A program made the position numbers and the translations under genes. 64,000 bases of DNA from Eledone cirrhosa. Lineage: Eukaryota. The notes beneath the pieces were generated by a model, which was not told the origin of the DNA, ran no database searches, and saw nothing but the letters and a program-made list of their open reading frames with translations. The first letter of the stretch is position 1; each line of letters starts with the position of its first letter. Shown here in pieces: positions 24,313 through 38,097 of this stretch. The stretch lies in contig OZ024755.1 in NCBI GenBank assembly GCA_964016885.1, positions 20,088,001-20,152,000 on the forward strand. Direction: 5' to 3'.

Positions 24313-24570
24313 CGTTTGTATATGTATAATAAAGCCAAAACAATGCAGGTATGGACATAGAATTTAGAATGCAAATGCAAAAGATATTGTTGACAATTAG
24401 TCTTTTACCTTAGATTTATTTAAATGTCCTTAAGAGATATTATCTCGAAAATTAAGGACATTTAAATATATCTAAGGTAAAAGACTAATTGTCAACAATA
24501 TCTTTTGCATTTGCATTCTTTATTCTATGTCCATACCTGCATTGTATTGGCTTTATTATACATATACAAA
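24313..24570. repeat. Fold-back inverted repeat with ~120-bp arms
   Basis: 24313-24433 is a near-perfect reverse complement of 24451-24570; (TA)n on both sides. Confidence 0.92.
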
Positions 24571-24646
24571 CATATATATATATATTGACACAGATGCCAT
24601 GTTGGTAACAGCCCCTCCTTGGAGATGTTTTTCTCTATAAACTTAC

Positions 24647-24804
24647 GAAGAATAATCAACATTTTCTATTTTCTTAATTAAAAAAAAACTCAGACAGCTT
24701 GAACATTGATTCATCAAGTAGAATGAGGAAACAGGAATATATAATGATAAAATTAGAATAGCCATACAAATGACAAATATAGCAATAGTGTGTGTGAAGT
24801 TCAT
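24647..24804 (-). CDS. Candidate first coding exon with signal-peptide-like N-terminus
   Basis: MNFTHTIAIFVICMAILILSLYIPVSS.. followed by consensus donor GTAAGT at 24646-24641; no recognisable homology. Confidence 0.25.
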
Positions 24805-25286
24805 GTTGTCATCTTTTTTCTTCTTTTTGTTACCATTGCTTTGGTTATGGATGACTGGTGTTAAAACTGAGGGTAGACTGAAGATGAATTGCAGCATTCA
24901 AACGATTAATTACCTCCACCTTGGCTGACCATGACCATCAAGAACTTCTCAAGTGTGACCTCATTGATCCTATCATATCGAACTTGCTAGATCATGTCTA
25001 ACTATTATCTTATCTGAATATACCTAGGAACATCTATATTTATCAGTTTATATGCACACACATACATACATACATATACATACATACATACATATATATG
25101 TGCATATATATATATATACATATATATATATGTACATATGTATGTATATGTATACATATATATATATATACACAAATACATATATATATACATATATATA
25201 TACACATATATATATACACAAATACATACATATATATATATACATATATATACATACATACATATATATATACATACATACATATA

Positions 25287-25891
25287 TGGTGGCTGCCAAC
25301 TCGTTTTCGAGTACGGCCACTACTTTATATCCATGTAGGAGAACCCCTACCGATGCGTTGAATAAGTGTGACTTTTTAGTCCAGCCAGCGACTTGAAAAC
25401 TCTGGTACAAACACTACACTTGTGACAATTATTGACACATAGTGCTGGGCCCATGGTACCATGTGACAACAAGTGCAGAGAGATCTCCAGATATAAAGCA
25501 ATGCCTGTGCCGTGAAGCTTTTACAGTGAGCAAAGACACTGCACAGAGCCAGTCCCATTCTCTTAACCAAGATGATTTTTACCAAAAAGAAGAACAAGTC
25601 AACATCATTGGATACTATCAGGGTTGCAGGTGTTATATCAGAGTTTTCCTTCTCCTAGAATTCTGCCTTGACAAAGGCTAAGAGGTCATCTCTCCTGGTG
25701 ATTTTGGATGGCCATTGACTCTTAAGGGCTCTTTGCCCTTTGACAGGTTTTGTTTTTAGTCCTGCAGGATGTCCAAAGTCACCCTCCTCACCAAGAAACC
25801 TTGGTGGAGTGGCCGGTTTAGTCGCCGACGACCCGACCATGCGACAGGTTGTACTGGTTACATGTTACCAATAGCACTCAAGAGTGACTCG
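25287..25891 (-). mobile_element. Probable RTE LINE 5' UTR plus endonuclease remnant
   Basis: GC-richer block between (TACA)n tracts; CTAGGAGAAGGAAAACTCTGA motif recalled from RTE 5' UTRs; NASVGVLL resembles the APE-domain GVG.LL motif. Confidence 0.45.
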
Positions 25892-25910
25892 ACATACATA
25901 TATACATACA

Positions 25911-25942
<32 letters not shown>

Positions 25943-26012
25943 CATATATATATATATATATATACATACATACATATATATATACATACATATACATAAA
26001 TATATATACACA

Positions 26013-26850
26013 TGGCTTTACTGTAGCACCGGCTCAGAGCAGGAGAGTTGGGGCGAAAAAGGTATTGGATGCTGAATTTGCCGACGACATAGTTTTGGTG
26101 ACAAATACAGTGAAGGAGGCAGAGGATTTGATGCGGGAGGTTGAGACTGTGTCGATGAGTGTTGGGCTGAGAATGAATGAGACTAAAACAAAATATCTGG
26201 TAGAGAATGTTGAGAAGCCAGAGGGGATCACTAATGTAGGCGGGAAGCCGCTGGAATTGGTTGAGGACTTCCTGTATTTGGGAGCAAAGATTGGGAATAC
26301 GGAAGATGATGTGGTTGAGAGGAAGAGCAAGGCCTGGGCGGCGTGTCACAGCTTGAGATTGGTGTGGAAGTCGGACCTTCGTAGAGACCTGAAAATCCGC
26401 CTCTTCATTGCTGTAGTGGAGTCTGTGCTGCTGTATGGGTCTGAGACTTGGACACTGACCAAGAGACTCACTCAGATGGTGGATGGGTGCTACACGAGAA
26501 TGCTGAGGATGGCTCTGAACATTAATCAGTATACACTGAGGATGAAAAACTCAGAGCTGTATGGGAGCATCCCAAAAGTCAGCTCAAAAGTGACACAGAG
26601 GAGACTGAGGTTGGCTGGACATGCTCACCGACATCCAGAGTTGACATTGCACTCAGTGCTCCTTTGGGAGCCCCTACATGGACACACTAGAAGAGGAAGA
26701 CCAAGGTTAACATATGTTGATGCCCTAAGGACAGACACTGGTCTGTTGGAGATGCAGGATATGGCAGCGATAATGAGGGACAGAGACCGCTGGAGAGAAC
26801 TCGTCCATGGATCTCGGGAATTTTACCCGCCTTAGATAGATAGATAGATA
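26013..26850 (+). mobile_element. 5'-truncated RTE-clade LINE, RT C-terminal ORF 26065-26835 open
   Basis: FADD, VGLRMNETKTK, DFLYLG, LLYGSETWTL, RRLRLAGH, RGRPRLTYVD, DRDRWR; (TAGA)n tail. Confidence 0.95.
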
Positions 26851-27289
26851 TACACATGCATATATATACACACATGCATATATATACATACATGCATACA
26901 CACACACATATATATATAGATACATACACACACATATACATATATATGTGCGTGTGTGTCTCTCTCTATATATATATATATATACATATATATGTGCGTG
27001 TGTGTCTATATATATATATATATATTTATAAAACACTGCGGCAAAGCATATGCTGAAACAAGTCTGGTTATTTATATTAATGGTTATCTTTCACGTTCTT
27101 TTACGATTCGTATCAATATTTAAATGTTATGTTTCAGTTAATACTATATTTCGCAAATGTACGCAGAAACACTAATGATGAAAAGCGATAGTAAAATAAC
27201 CAGCAAGATTAAATCTACTCAGTCGCTTATAAACGGTTTCAAATCACACTCAACCATCTTTAAAAAATTAAGGATCCATTGTATATTGT

Positions 27290-27610
27290 TTGGTATGGTA
27301 TAGTCCCAAATTACTGGCTAAGCCGTAGTGGCATACGGTTTTTACTTGGGCATTTAAAACCTGGTGGAGCCCATTTCCTCTCCAGCTGTGGACATAGCAG
27401 ATTTCTTCGAAAGACGGATAGACAGTGAGATAGAATAGAAATGATAAAGAGGTATATAGGAAGAATCGACTCCAGTACTAAACTGGTACTTCTGTTATCA
27501 ACCGCGAAAAAATGGAAGCCAAAGTTGACCTCGGACGAAGAATTGACCCCGGTAATAAACTTGTACAATTTTATCGACCCCGAAAGGATGAAAGGCAAAG
27601 CTGACGTCGG
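27290..27610 (-). mobile_element. SINE family C with duplicated core fragment
   Basis: Homology to 17905-18180. Confidence 0.7.
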
Positions 27611-28386
27611 TTTATACTAAGCCTTAAACAAAGATGATATAGACATAGCTTGAACATATTTGATCCTAATTCTGCACAACCACAACTGAGATGGCTTAAA
27701 TCACACCACCCAGCCTTAAATAATTAAATTTCACAATATTAGCATATGTTTCAATTTATATAAAAAATATTCAAGTACTAAAAATAACGTACGAGTTATA
27801 CTGATTCGGTTATATATCTTTCTTAGAATTTTACTGAAATATTACGTTTACAGCGTCTGTTAGTAAGTAAGTTTATCACCTGACATCTGATAAGAACTTT
27901 CTAACTTATAATATAGAACTTATGTACTCTTGATTATTTAGGTCTTCAACAAAATATAGTTGTCTCTGAAACGATGCACGCAAGGGGAAGTCTACGTATT
28001 CTGATAATTTATGCAATACTTGCGTAAATAAATACGGTTTCCTGAGTTAATAGCTTCTCTATATCAGCGTGCTATGGCAAAATATGTGTGGCTCTTGGTG
28101 TAATTGGAAAGCATTCGTCAAAGAATTTATACCTAAAAATTTGAATAAGTTCGTAAGCTGTGGTGTGCCAAGCAATCTGATTTTCAGGCAAAACCCACAG
28201 TCGGTGAAAACAAAAACAACGTTAATAAGAATCCTATCTAGTAACGTTGAAAATTAGCTATGCATACCCTAGAATCTAGATAAACACTAGGGCACATCTC
28301 GTTAGATGTGAACTTATCTATAGTTTAAATTAACCCATTCGAATAATAGGGCTAATATAACCTTAATTGTAAATTGTATACGGAAG

Positions 28387-28431
<45 letters not shown>

Positions 28432-28505
28432 TTAAGATTGGTGCTCAGAAATAGCGATGTATACACGAATGTATGCATAGTATATTTGGCAATATACAAT
28501 TTACA

Positions 28506-28545
<40 letters not shown>

Positions 28546-30074
28546 TGTAAATTGAGCTTTAGCTGCAGTACAGCATGTACAATTCGATTTGTTTTGAGGC
28601 AATCACAGAGCACTCAATGGGTTGAAAGTTAAAAACAAACATTAAGTCCAGAGTTAAACACCGTAGTTATAAAATGTGACACCAAGATAACCGACCGAAG
28701 GCACAAACTATACATACAACAAAATAACGATATGTATATAAAGGAGATATATGTATATATATGAACTAAGTTTTGCGACAAAATGTTAGAGAAAATTTAT
28801 TGGTTTGGAACCGGAAAAGGGCTTCGTTGTATAATCTCTATTTGATTCATTGTATCCATCCGCCATTAAGCGAAATCAGCCTTGAATTTCAGAGAGTGCA
28901 TAAAATGGCATTGAAATTCGTGACATAACCTAACAGTAAAGGTGAATGGGGTTTAGTATAATTGTGTTTTTTAAAAAATAGATAGAAAGCTCAAATGTTA
29001 CAAACAATGTACCTACAGTTTAGTTAGTGTGAATTGAAAGCCAATACTTGATAAAAAGATTTTAAAATACTAGACGATGTGACGAAACGAACGCCCGTTT
29101 GCAAAGAGCCGTGATACTGTCGGCTCTACGAAGAATCTTTTCTGTCACTCAGAACCAATTCGAATACTTTTTTTTATATACAAATATTTTAGATACATAC
29201 ATTTTTCGTAATTGTACTCTGTAATTTAGTTATAAACACGCGTACACACACTCTCTCAAATAGAAACCCACAATCACATACACACAAACAGATGTGATAG
29301 TGTGTAATAATCAAGCTGTCAAAATATACAATGTTACAGCAAACATAATACTTTAATATAAATCTAAATGATGGATACGTGTAGGAAAGTGTAAATAAAA
29401 GAAGACAGAAATAAATCCGTTTATCAGAATACTGAAAGAGTTTTCAAGGAGACATATGTTTGCCAAATAAGTTTACAATGTCCTTGCTGTGATAAAATAT
29501 GGGAAGATGTAAGAGGATCTGTGAATATGTGGGTAGATAAAACAGTGATAGACGTAGGTATGTGTGTAAGCATCGTTCTCGAGGTACTGACGAGATCTAC
29601 AGGCAAATTGGCAAGTATGTATCTGTGGTATATTGTTTGAAATATTTAGACAGGTATCAATGTGAGAGACAAAACCCAGAGACATGTGTGTGCTTAATGG
29701 GAGTTAAAAAGCATAAAGTAGGAGTAGAAAACTCGAGACTGAAACGGTTAAGTTTTAATATATTTATATCAGCATTACAATATGGATGAACGTATAAATA
29801 AAGAAAAAGTAAGTTAGATGAATGCTATTGAAACATTTTATAACCTGATATGACGTTTGGGTGGATTAAACAAACAAAAAACCCAAACAATACACTAAGA
29901 AAAAGAGTGAAATATTTTGATGGTAATATGTCAGGATGGATATATTTGTGTATGAAAGAGTTGTAAAATAAAAAAAATACAACTATTAATCTTCCTACTG
30001 CAAGTAGAAGACTACGGAATAAGACAAATGTGTTATACGTGACACACACACACACACACACACACATATGTATC

Positions 30075-30279
30075 AAGGAAGAAATAGCAGGTGATGTGTT
30101 GTTATGGAGTCCATCTCATGGAGCAAGAAACGCTGGTCGTCCCAAGAAGACATACGTCAAGCAACTTGAGGACGATACTGGATGCACTGCGGAAGAAGTG
30201 GCAAACGCTATGAGAGACAGAGATGGATGGAGGAAACGTGTCGTAGAAAGCCGAGCAAGTTCGACATGATGATGATGAT
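30075..30279 (+). mobile_element. 3' end of a different RTE-clade LINE
   Basis: VLLWSPSHGARNAGRPKKTYVKQLEDDTG..MRDRDGWRKRV, stop followed by (TGA)n tail. Confidence 0.9.
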
Positions 30280-30606
30280 ATATATGTGTGTGCGTGCGTG
30301 TGTATTAGTATAAGTGTGTATGAATGTACGTTTGAGCGTATCTGTTTGTGCAAATGTGTGAACATAATTGCAAACATATCTGAAAAAGTATTCAATTCCT
30401 TGGAATCTTGGTTCATAAAAAAATTGAACCAATTCACATCAGTGAATTTGGAAGCCGTGAGGGTGAATTAAAGGCAATATTTGCTGGGGCTGGTGCAGTG
30501 ATATACCAGATTCAGAATTCTATCACCAGAAGAAGGGAGATAAGTGTAACATACAAACTCGCTATCCCCAAGTAGGTGTTCGTGCATATGCTTACGTCAT
30601 GAATCT

Positions 30607-30797
30607 TGGGTGGATTAGCAATATTGGTAGAGCATCAGACACCAGGCTTTGCAGCATAGAGTTATGACTGTCAATGTTCTGAGTTCAAATCTCGCCGAGG
30701 TTAACTTTGCCTTTCACCCTTACAGTGTCGATAAAATAAAGTACCAGTAATGCACTGGGGTAATGGCTAGCCTTGTACCAAAAAGTAGAAACAATTA
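30607..30797 (+). mobile_element. SINE family A, short form
   Basis: Family homology. Confidence 0.85.
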
Positions 30798-31107
30798 TGT
30801 TTACAAATTTTTCACTAACGCTGAGTTCAAGTTCAGCTTTCCATGTCTCAGCGATCACTTGAACGTGTGTCGGTAATATAACTAAGCTAAATTATATCAC
30901 ATTATTGAAGAGGTTTGCTTGTGGTGTCGGTAGAATGAAGCACCAGTAATGCACTGGCCTTGTGCCAAAAGTAGAAACAATTAAACTTAGTGACCGAAAG
31001 ACTACGATTGCGAAGCCCAGCCGGGTCAATTGGAGACGGTTACTTCTGCTAGGATCAGCTGGTAGACGAGCTTGGGGACTTTGCTCTACGATTAGAAGAA
31101 GAATGGC

Positions 31108-32292
31108 TATAGTACCAGCAGAGTACCAGTAATAGGGTCTATAGTAGCAGTAGAGTACCAGTAATAGTATCTATAGTAGCAGTAGAGTACCAGTAATAGG
31201 GTCTATAGTAGCAATAGAGTACCAGTAATAGTATCTATAGTACCAGCAGAGTACCAGTAATAGTATCTATAGTACCAGCAGAGTACCAGTAATAGGGTCT
31301 ATAGTAGCAGTAGAGTACCAGTAATAGGGTATATAGTAGCAGTAGAGTACCAGTAATAGGGTCTATAGTAGCAGTAGTATCTATAGTAGCAGTAGAGTAC
31401 CAGTAATAGGGTCTATAGTACCAGTAGTAGTATCTATAGTAGCAGTAGAGTACCAGTAATAGTATCTATAGTAGCAGTAGAGTACCAGTAATAGGGTCTA
31501 TAGTAGCAGTAGAGTACCAGTAGTAGTATCTATAGTAGCAGTAGAGTACCAGTAATAAGGTCTATAGTAGCAGTAGAGTACCAGTAGTAGTATCTATAGT
31601 AGCAGTAGAGTACCAGTAATAGGGTCTATAGTAGCAGTAGAGTACCAGTAATAGGGTCTATAGTAGCAGTAGAGTACCAGTAGTAGTATCTATAGTAGCA
31701 GTAGAGTACCAGTAATAGGGTCTATAGTAGCAGTAGAGTACCAGTAGTAGTATCTATAGTAGCAGTAGAGTACCAGTAATAGGGTCTATAGTAGCAGCAG
31801 AGTACCAGTAGTAGTATCTATAGTAGCAGTAGAGTACCAGTAATAGGGTCTATAGTACAAGTAGAGTACCAGTAATAGGGTCTATAGTACAAGTAGAGTA
31901 CCAGTAATAGGGTCTATAGTACAAGTAGAGTACCAGTAATAGGGTATATAGTACAAGTAGAGTACCAGTAATAGGGTCTGTAGTACAAGTAGAGTACCAG
32001 TAATAGGGTCTATAGTAGCAGTAGAGTACCAGTAATAGGGTCTATAGTAGCAGTAGAGTACCAGTAATAGGGTCTATAGTAGCAGCAGAGTACCAGTAGT
32101 AGTATCTATAGTAGCAGTAGAGTACCAGTAATAGGGTCTATAGTACAAGTAGAGTACCAGTAATAGGGTCTATAGTACAAGTAGAGTACCAGTAATAGGG
32201 TATATAGTACAAGTAGAGTACCAGTAATAGGGTATATAGTACAAGTAGAGTACCAGTAATAGGGTCTATAGTACAAGTAGAGTACTAGTAAT
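31108..32292. repeat. 32-bp satellite, roughly 37 copies
   Basis: AGAGTACCAGTAATAGGGTCTATAGTAGCAGT with variants (TAGTATCT, TACAAGT). Confidence 0.97.
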
Positions 32293-32379
32293 AAACATTC
32301 CTAAAAAGCCGAGCAATCGTGGTAGTCACAGCTTGGTCATTAGAATTGCTAATGTACTAACCAAACCCCCACCATATCA

Positions 32380-32600
32380 CTTGGTATAGTGTCATCCCCT
32401 AAGACCTGATGGAATCATAGGGACGTCGTAGTGACATACGGCGTAAGTTGGAAATGTTAGGCCTGGTGGTGACCACCATCTCCTCTCCAGAGAAGAATGG
32501 AAAGTGGGGGAGAGGAAGTGAGAAAGAGACATAGAGGGAGAATCGGCCCCGCAATAAGACTGATAATTTGTTATTGACCTCGAAAGGTCTTTGAATGGCG
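32380..32600 (-). mobile_element. SINE family C, degraded
   Basis: Tail and core homology to 17905-18180. Confidence 0.6.
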
Positions 32601-33602
32601 GCACTGTACATAATGTCGTTGTTTGTACAGCTAAAACGATCAGGATATTAATAACTGGAAAGCCTCTGTCCTTCCATCTGTTTGGTCATAGTTATATCAG
32701 AGCTAAACAACAACAACAACTAACAGAGATTAAAATGATCTAAGTGTAAGGATAATTCTACAAGAATTCTGAAGAACTATTTCCCCTTCTGAATTCTTAT
32801 TTTTAAAAAAAAATCATTTAATTTTATTAACAGTAGGACCCGCTGAGAGGAGTCTCTCAGGACTCTTCCCCTACTACCCTTGCAAGAAGAAAAAGAAAAA
32901 GAAAAAGAAAAAGAAAAAGAAAAAGGAAAAGAAAAAGAGGGATGATAACATCTACAACATGACTTGGTTAAAATATAGAAACATTGTTGCTTTTGCTAAC
33001 GTGAAAAAGTGCCTACCTGAATCTTGTTTTTTTCACCCCTATCAGTTCGAGGAAAGCAATATATACGTTTATCATAAAGACTACTGATTCAAACTACTCT
33101 AGCACAAAAATATTGCCCGTGTAACCGTAAGCGCTAGTAAAAATTATTATATTCCCGGTTGAAGTCGCATCATATTTCCACAGTTAATATTCCCTAGAAG
33201 GTGTCGCCTATAGAGACTATTACCTTCTACACGAATAATTCAGTGAAACGCTCCGTGTAATATGAAAGTAAAATTGATATCGATGTATATGAAAAAAGAA
33301 AACAGAATGTACTATTTCGATGTTATGATCATAATATATTTCTTAACATATATTTATTATAAATGACGCATATACATGTATGTATACACGAACACCAGAG
33401 TGGCGAGATAGTTATATTTATTGATAAAATTATACACCCCAAACATACCACACTACAAACACACATTATATATATATATATATATATAAATATATATAGA
33501 CAAAAACGATGAAGTTTCGTTTACATGTATTTAGTTATTTGTGTGTATGCGTTTCGTTAGCCCTGAGTATCAACTTCTTCAACCTGTGCCTATCTGTGTG
33601 TG

Positions 33603-33604
<2 letters not shown>

Positions 33605-33634
<30 letters not shown>

Positions 33635-33700
33635 TGTATGTATGTATGTATGTATGTATGTATGTATGTATGTATGTATGTATGTATGTATGTATGTATG
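33605..33700. repeat. (TATG)n microsatellite
   Basis: Direct inspection. Confidence 0.97.
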
Positions 33701-34785
33701 CGTGTAAGTATGTGTGTGTGTGTGCAACATACATACTTGTATATATAAAGATACATAGTCATACATATGCATATATATATTTATAAACATATATAGCCAT
33801 ACATATGCATATATATATATATATATATATATATTTCCATCGATTTATTCCTCCTTGCACTTTCTAAAATCCTCTTTCTCAAACTTTACTATCATACAAC
33901 ACATAGAATCTAAAATAAAAAAAATATTCATGACATCTTTCACACATTTTCTTATAAAATAAATACAATACTGTCATACACACATGAGCGAATACGCAAA
34001 TAGGCCTTGATATTTAATGCAAGGCTTAGTTCGAAAAAATATACCTATATTGCCTTTCGGAAAATTGCCCAAAATAGAATTGACAATAAAAATCAAGCGT
34101 TGGAAATTCCGCTCTGTATTTTACTGAGATTCCTTGATATGTGATTTAGTTTTGGGGATTTTTTTTTTCTTTGCTTTTATGCCCGGGAAATCAACAATCT
34201 GTAAGTTTTAAGACGCAATGCAGTACCGCAACGTTTAAAATGCTATTTGACATGTAGAAATTGTAATAAAAGGAGATGAAAGCAATAAAATGTTGGTCTT
34301 TTAGTCTTTTGTAGTTTTTTTCAAACTGTTTACAGTGCAAAAGCCTGTCATTTCAACAAGCTTTCTCTCTCTCTCTCACTATCTCGCTATCCGCTCACTC
34401 TCTCTCTCTCTAATCAATATTCGTTAAAAACCAATATTATAACATACAATAACAGGGCTTGGAATGGAAGTGTATAAAGGCGTCTCTATCCTGTGAAAAG
34501 TGTCAGAATCACATTGCAGAACTGATCAGTATTCTCATATATACCTGCTACCACATATACATACCTTTACTGGAATACATTTAATTGAACCATCTCTGGA
34601 GCCTCTATATAAAATCAACCACCCTACTAAAAATTACAAGCAAGTTTGCTTCAATTACTCCATAACACCGCCGTAAAAAGCAAGAAGACACCTAGAATAG
34701 TGTAGTCCTAGATACATGAGGTTGGAGGAAATGATGCTAGGATCAGAGCTACGTAGAGGTATTGCGAAGCTGAGGTTAGATAACA

Positions 34786-34935
34786 ATAATTGTTTCTACT
34801 TTAGGCACAAGGCCAGAAATTTGAAAGGGAGGAGAAAGTCGATTAAATCGATACCAGTAAGGATGAAGGGCAAAGCTAACCTCGGCGGGATTTGATCCCA
34901 GAACGTAAAGGGCCCTAACTATATGCTGCAAAGCC
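34786..34935 (-). mobile_element. SINE family A, long form, 5' truncated
   Basis: Family homology including GTCGATTAAATCGA palindrome. Confidence 0.8.
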
Positions 34936-35045
34936 TGAACTAGATAAAGAAGTGTATCACATATTTAAAACATATTTACATTTGATTATTTGAGTCATTT
35001 CCAAACGAATTTATAATATTGATAATTCCTCATCCCACAAATCTA

Positions 35046-35230
35046 CGAGGGTCAGCTGAAAGTTTCATAGGATGACTATAAACAGAGTGATGCTAGAACT
35101 GAGAAATCTTGCATACACTTATTAATAACCACAATGTTTCTTTCCTGTGTCTATGTAGAAAAATAAACCTCATTTGGTCATTCCATGAGCGTATCTTCGT
35201 CAGCCTAGAAACCTTTCAGCCGACCATCTT
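35046..35230. mobile_element. mariner-type MITE
   Basis: TA|CGAGGGTCAGCTGAAAGTTTCATAGGATGAC ... GTCAGCCTAGAAACCTTTCAGCCGACCATCT|TA imperfect TIRs. Confidence 0.7.
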
Positions 35231-36915
35231 AGATATAATTTCTTTCATTGTTTAAGAAGAATAAATCCTGAAAGCCTTTATCTCTGTTCTCTCTCTATGT
35301 TTGATATTTTCTCCTTTTTATTCTCAAATATTTTAATATATCTATGATGAATGCGGCACCACTCTATTTGATGAAGCGACAAAAGTTTTACATAACGCGT
35401 CTGATAGTTCACATTTTAACGAAACGCATTTTTCCTACAAATACGATATAATAAATCTGACCCAATTACCGATATTTATGTTTTAGAATTAATGTTTTCA
35501 TTCATCACAGTATTGTTTGTATTTACTTATTTATGATATCACAAGAGAGGCTATCATAATCGGTATTGTTTCTCTGTAATGTTTCTCTGTTTGTTTTATT
35601 TTTATGTCACATTAATTGTTAGTCTATTTTCTATAGTATCTATATGTTTGCTATATATTTTTGCTTGGTTCTGGTTTGAAACATTTCTTTTCATTCTGTA
35701 GTCAGCGATAGCCATCAGCGGGTTCTCCATTTTGTTTTTCTTCTTCTTGTAATCCATTATCTCCCCCTCCTTGACCCTAATTCCGCATATGGTTTATGAA
35801 CATATACTTGCTCAGGGTGTTTTGAGAATTGAGAGAATTGATTTTCTTTCCCGCTTTCACGTCGTTTGCCATTTTGACTTGTCCGTTTCCTTCTGTAAGT
35901 AGTTTGAACAATCTAAACTTCTCTATTGAACGACCTATGAAGGGATTAGATTGATGGCCTCAAAGAAATTCTGACGTCACATGGCATCATGCTAAGACAG
36001 GGCAGGCCAGGTCAGACCATCCAGCTCACCGCAAAAGGAAGGCATTTTCTACTTCAGACACCTCCAATGTTACAACCAGAATTTGGTTTTTAAATTAATA
36101 AATAAACATACCGATCTATCTAGAATTTACACAATGATAACCAATATTTCTTTTATATTTTGCTACAACAAGACCACCAACGAAGTTATTAAGATGTATT
36201 TGTAATACTGCATTTCAGATATTGATTTTCTTTACAGTATAAACATTCGATGGCCATAAACGTTTGAGCCTATTATGATATTCCAAGTGTCATTTTGTTT
36301 TGTTTCTTTTTGTTTTCTTTCTAACATCTTTTTAGAATATATTTTGATCTAAACGAATATCTGCATAACACTCGTGGTCTAAGAACTAGGTTATAGGAGC
36401 TTCATTGATATTGTTTTCAGTTGTTGTTGTTTTCAATTTCTAGCAAAATATTTGTAGTGTCTTGGCTAGATTCCATAGGTATTGTGTTAGAATAAGTTTT
36501 GGCTTCATGTGTGTTATTGACCTTATTAACAAATTATTAACAAAGTCTCAGTGTCACAACTTTTACTCATGTTGAAATATCAAGCATATACGACAAGATA
36601 TCATATGACAAAAGAACACATAGCGTTGTTTCTGTACTTATTGCTTAACCACCATGTAAAACAATACACTAGTAACTAAACAGTGAAAAATATACTACAG
36701 AATTAAAGACAACACACACGAAGTCCAAATGTTATATTCATTTTATGCGCTTTCACATGTTTTGTAAAATACATTTAGTTCATGACAGCCTGCCCAACCT
36801 TAAATGCTTTTGAATATTTCAATTGTTCAGTTTCCTGTGTAAATGCATGAATACAAACATATACATGTATCTTATACTTTTGTCAGACAATATGATTAAT
36901 TACTTTACGTATTAA

Positions 36916-37185
<270 letters not shown>

Positions 37186-37198
37186 TAATATAGAAAAG

Positions 37199-37247
37199 GC
37201 TTCTACGGGACTAGAACTGTTTCATTCGGGAGAAATCATCAGGAAGC
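37199..37247 (-). ncRNA. Minimal type I hammerhead (family H7)
   Basis: Minus strand GCTTC-CTGATGA-TTTCTCCCGAAT-GAAAC-AGTTCTAGTCCC-GTA-GAAGC; perfect 5-bp stem I. Confidence 0.85.
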
Positions 37248-37457
37248 AGACTGTCCAAGTTATATGATGGCACTTATATCTTTTCTGGTGGTAGGAGATG
37301 CTGGTGATTGTGGTGGGTGGAGGTCATTGGTTGATGGGTTTAAAGAAACGGGAAACAGTTCTAGTCCTGTAGAAGCCTTTTCTATATTAAATATTTATAC
37401 TCTGCTTTGTATTGAGTACCTTAGTTACTGTGGTTACCCCTGATTGAACCCGGGATA

Positions 37458-37493
<36 letters not shown>

Positions 37494-37910
37494 ATGCATA
37501 TATATATAATAGATATGGACTACTTGAATATATTTTTATTCATGCATTCACACAGACAAACAGTATACTCAAATACATATTTATAGTATTGCTGCTGGGA
37601 GTTTCCTCGCAACATTCTATCCATTCCAGATGATAGAAGAGGATGTCTCACAACATTATCAGAGAAAGAGAATTTGCTTCATATCTCAAGAGAAACAGTC
37701 TCTAAATTCTATTATTTGTCTATAACGAATTTGATATTTCTAGAAGCCTTCCTCTTTATCAGGCAACGTCGCTTTTCATTATCAGTATATACCGTAGAAT
37801 TCGTAAATAACCTTACACATTCTAAAACCTACTGCACTAAAAATAACAGTTAACTTGCTCGTATATCATTAATACTATGGATATTTTTCAAGTTATGATT
37901 TCAATAAGAA

Positions 37911-38097
37911 TAATTGTTTCTACTTTTGGCACAAGGCCAGCAATTATCTCAGTGTATTACTGGTACTTTATTTTATCGACCCCGTAAGGATGAAAGGCAA
38001 AGTCAACCTCGGCGGGATTTGAACTCAGATCGTAAAGGGACGTAATTATGCTGGAAAGCATGGCGTCCGACCCTCTACCGATACTGCCAATCCACCA
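37911..38097 (-). mobile_element. SINE family A, short form
   Basis: Family homology; AAGAATAAT on both flanks. Confidence 0.9.

Noticed and set aside
31108-32292. CRISPR array (32-bp period)
   Set aside because: Contiguous tandem units without spacers and no cas genes
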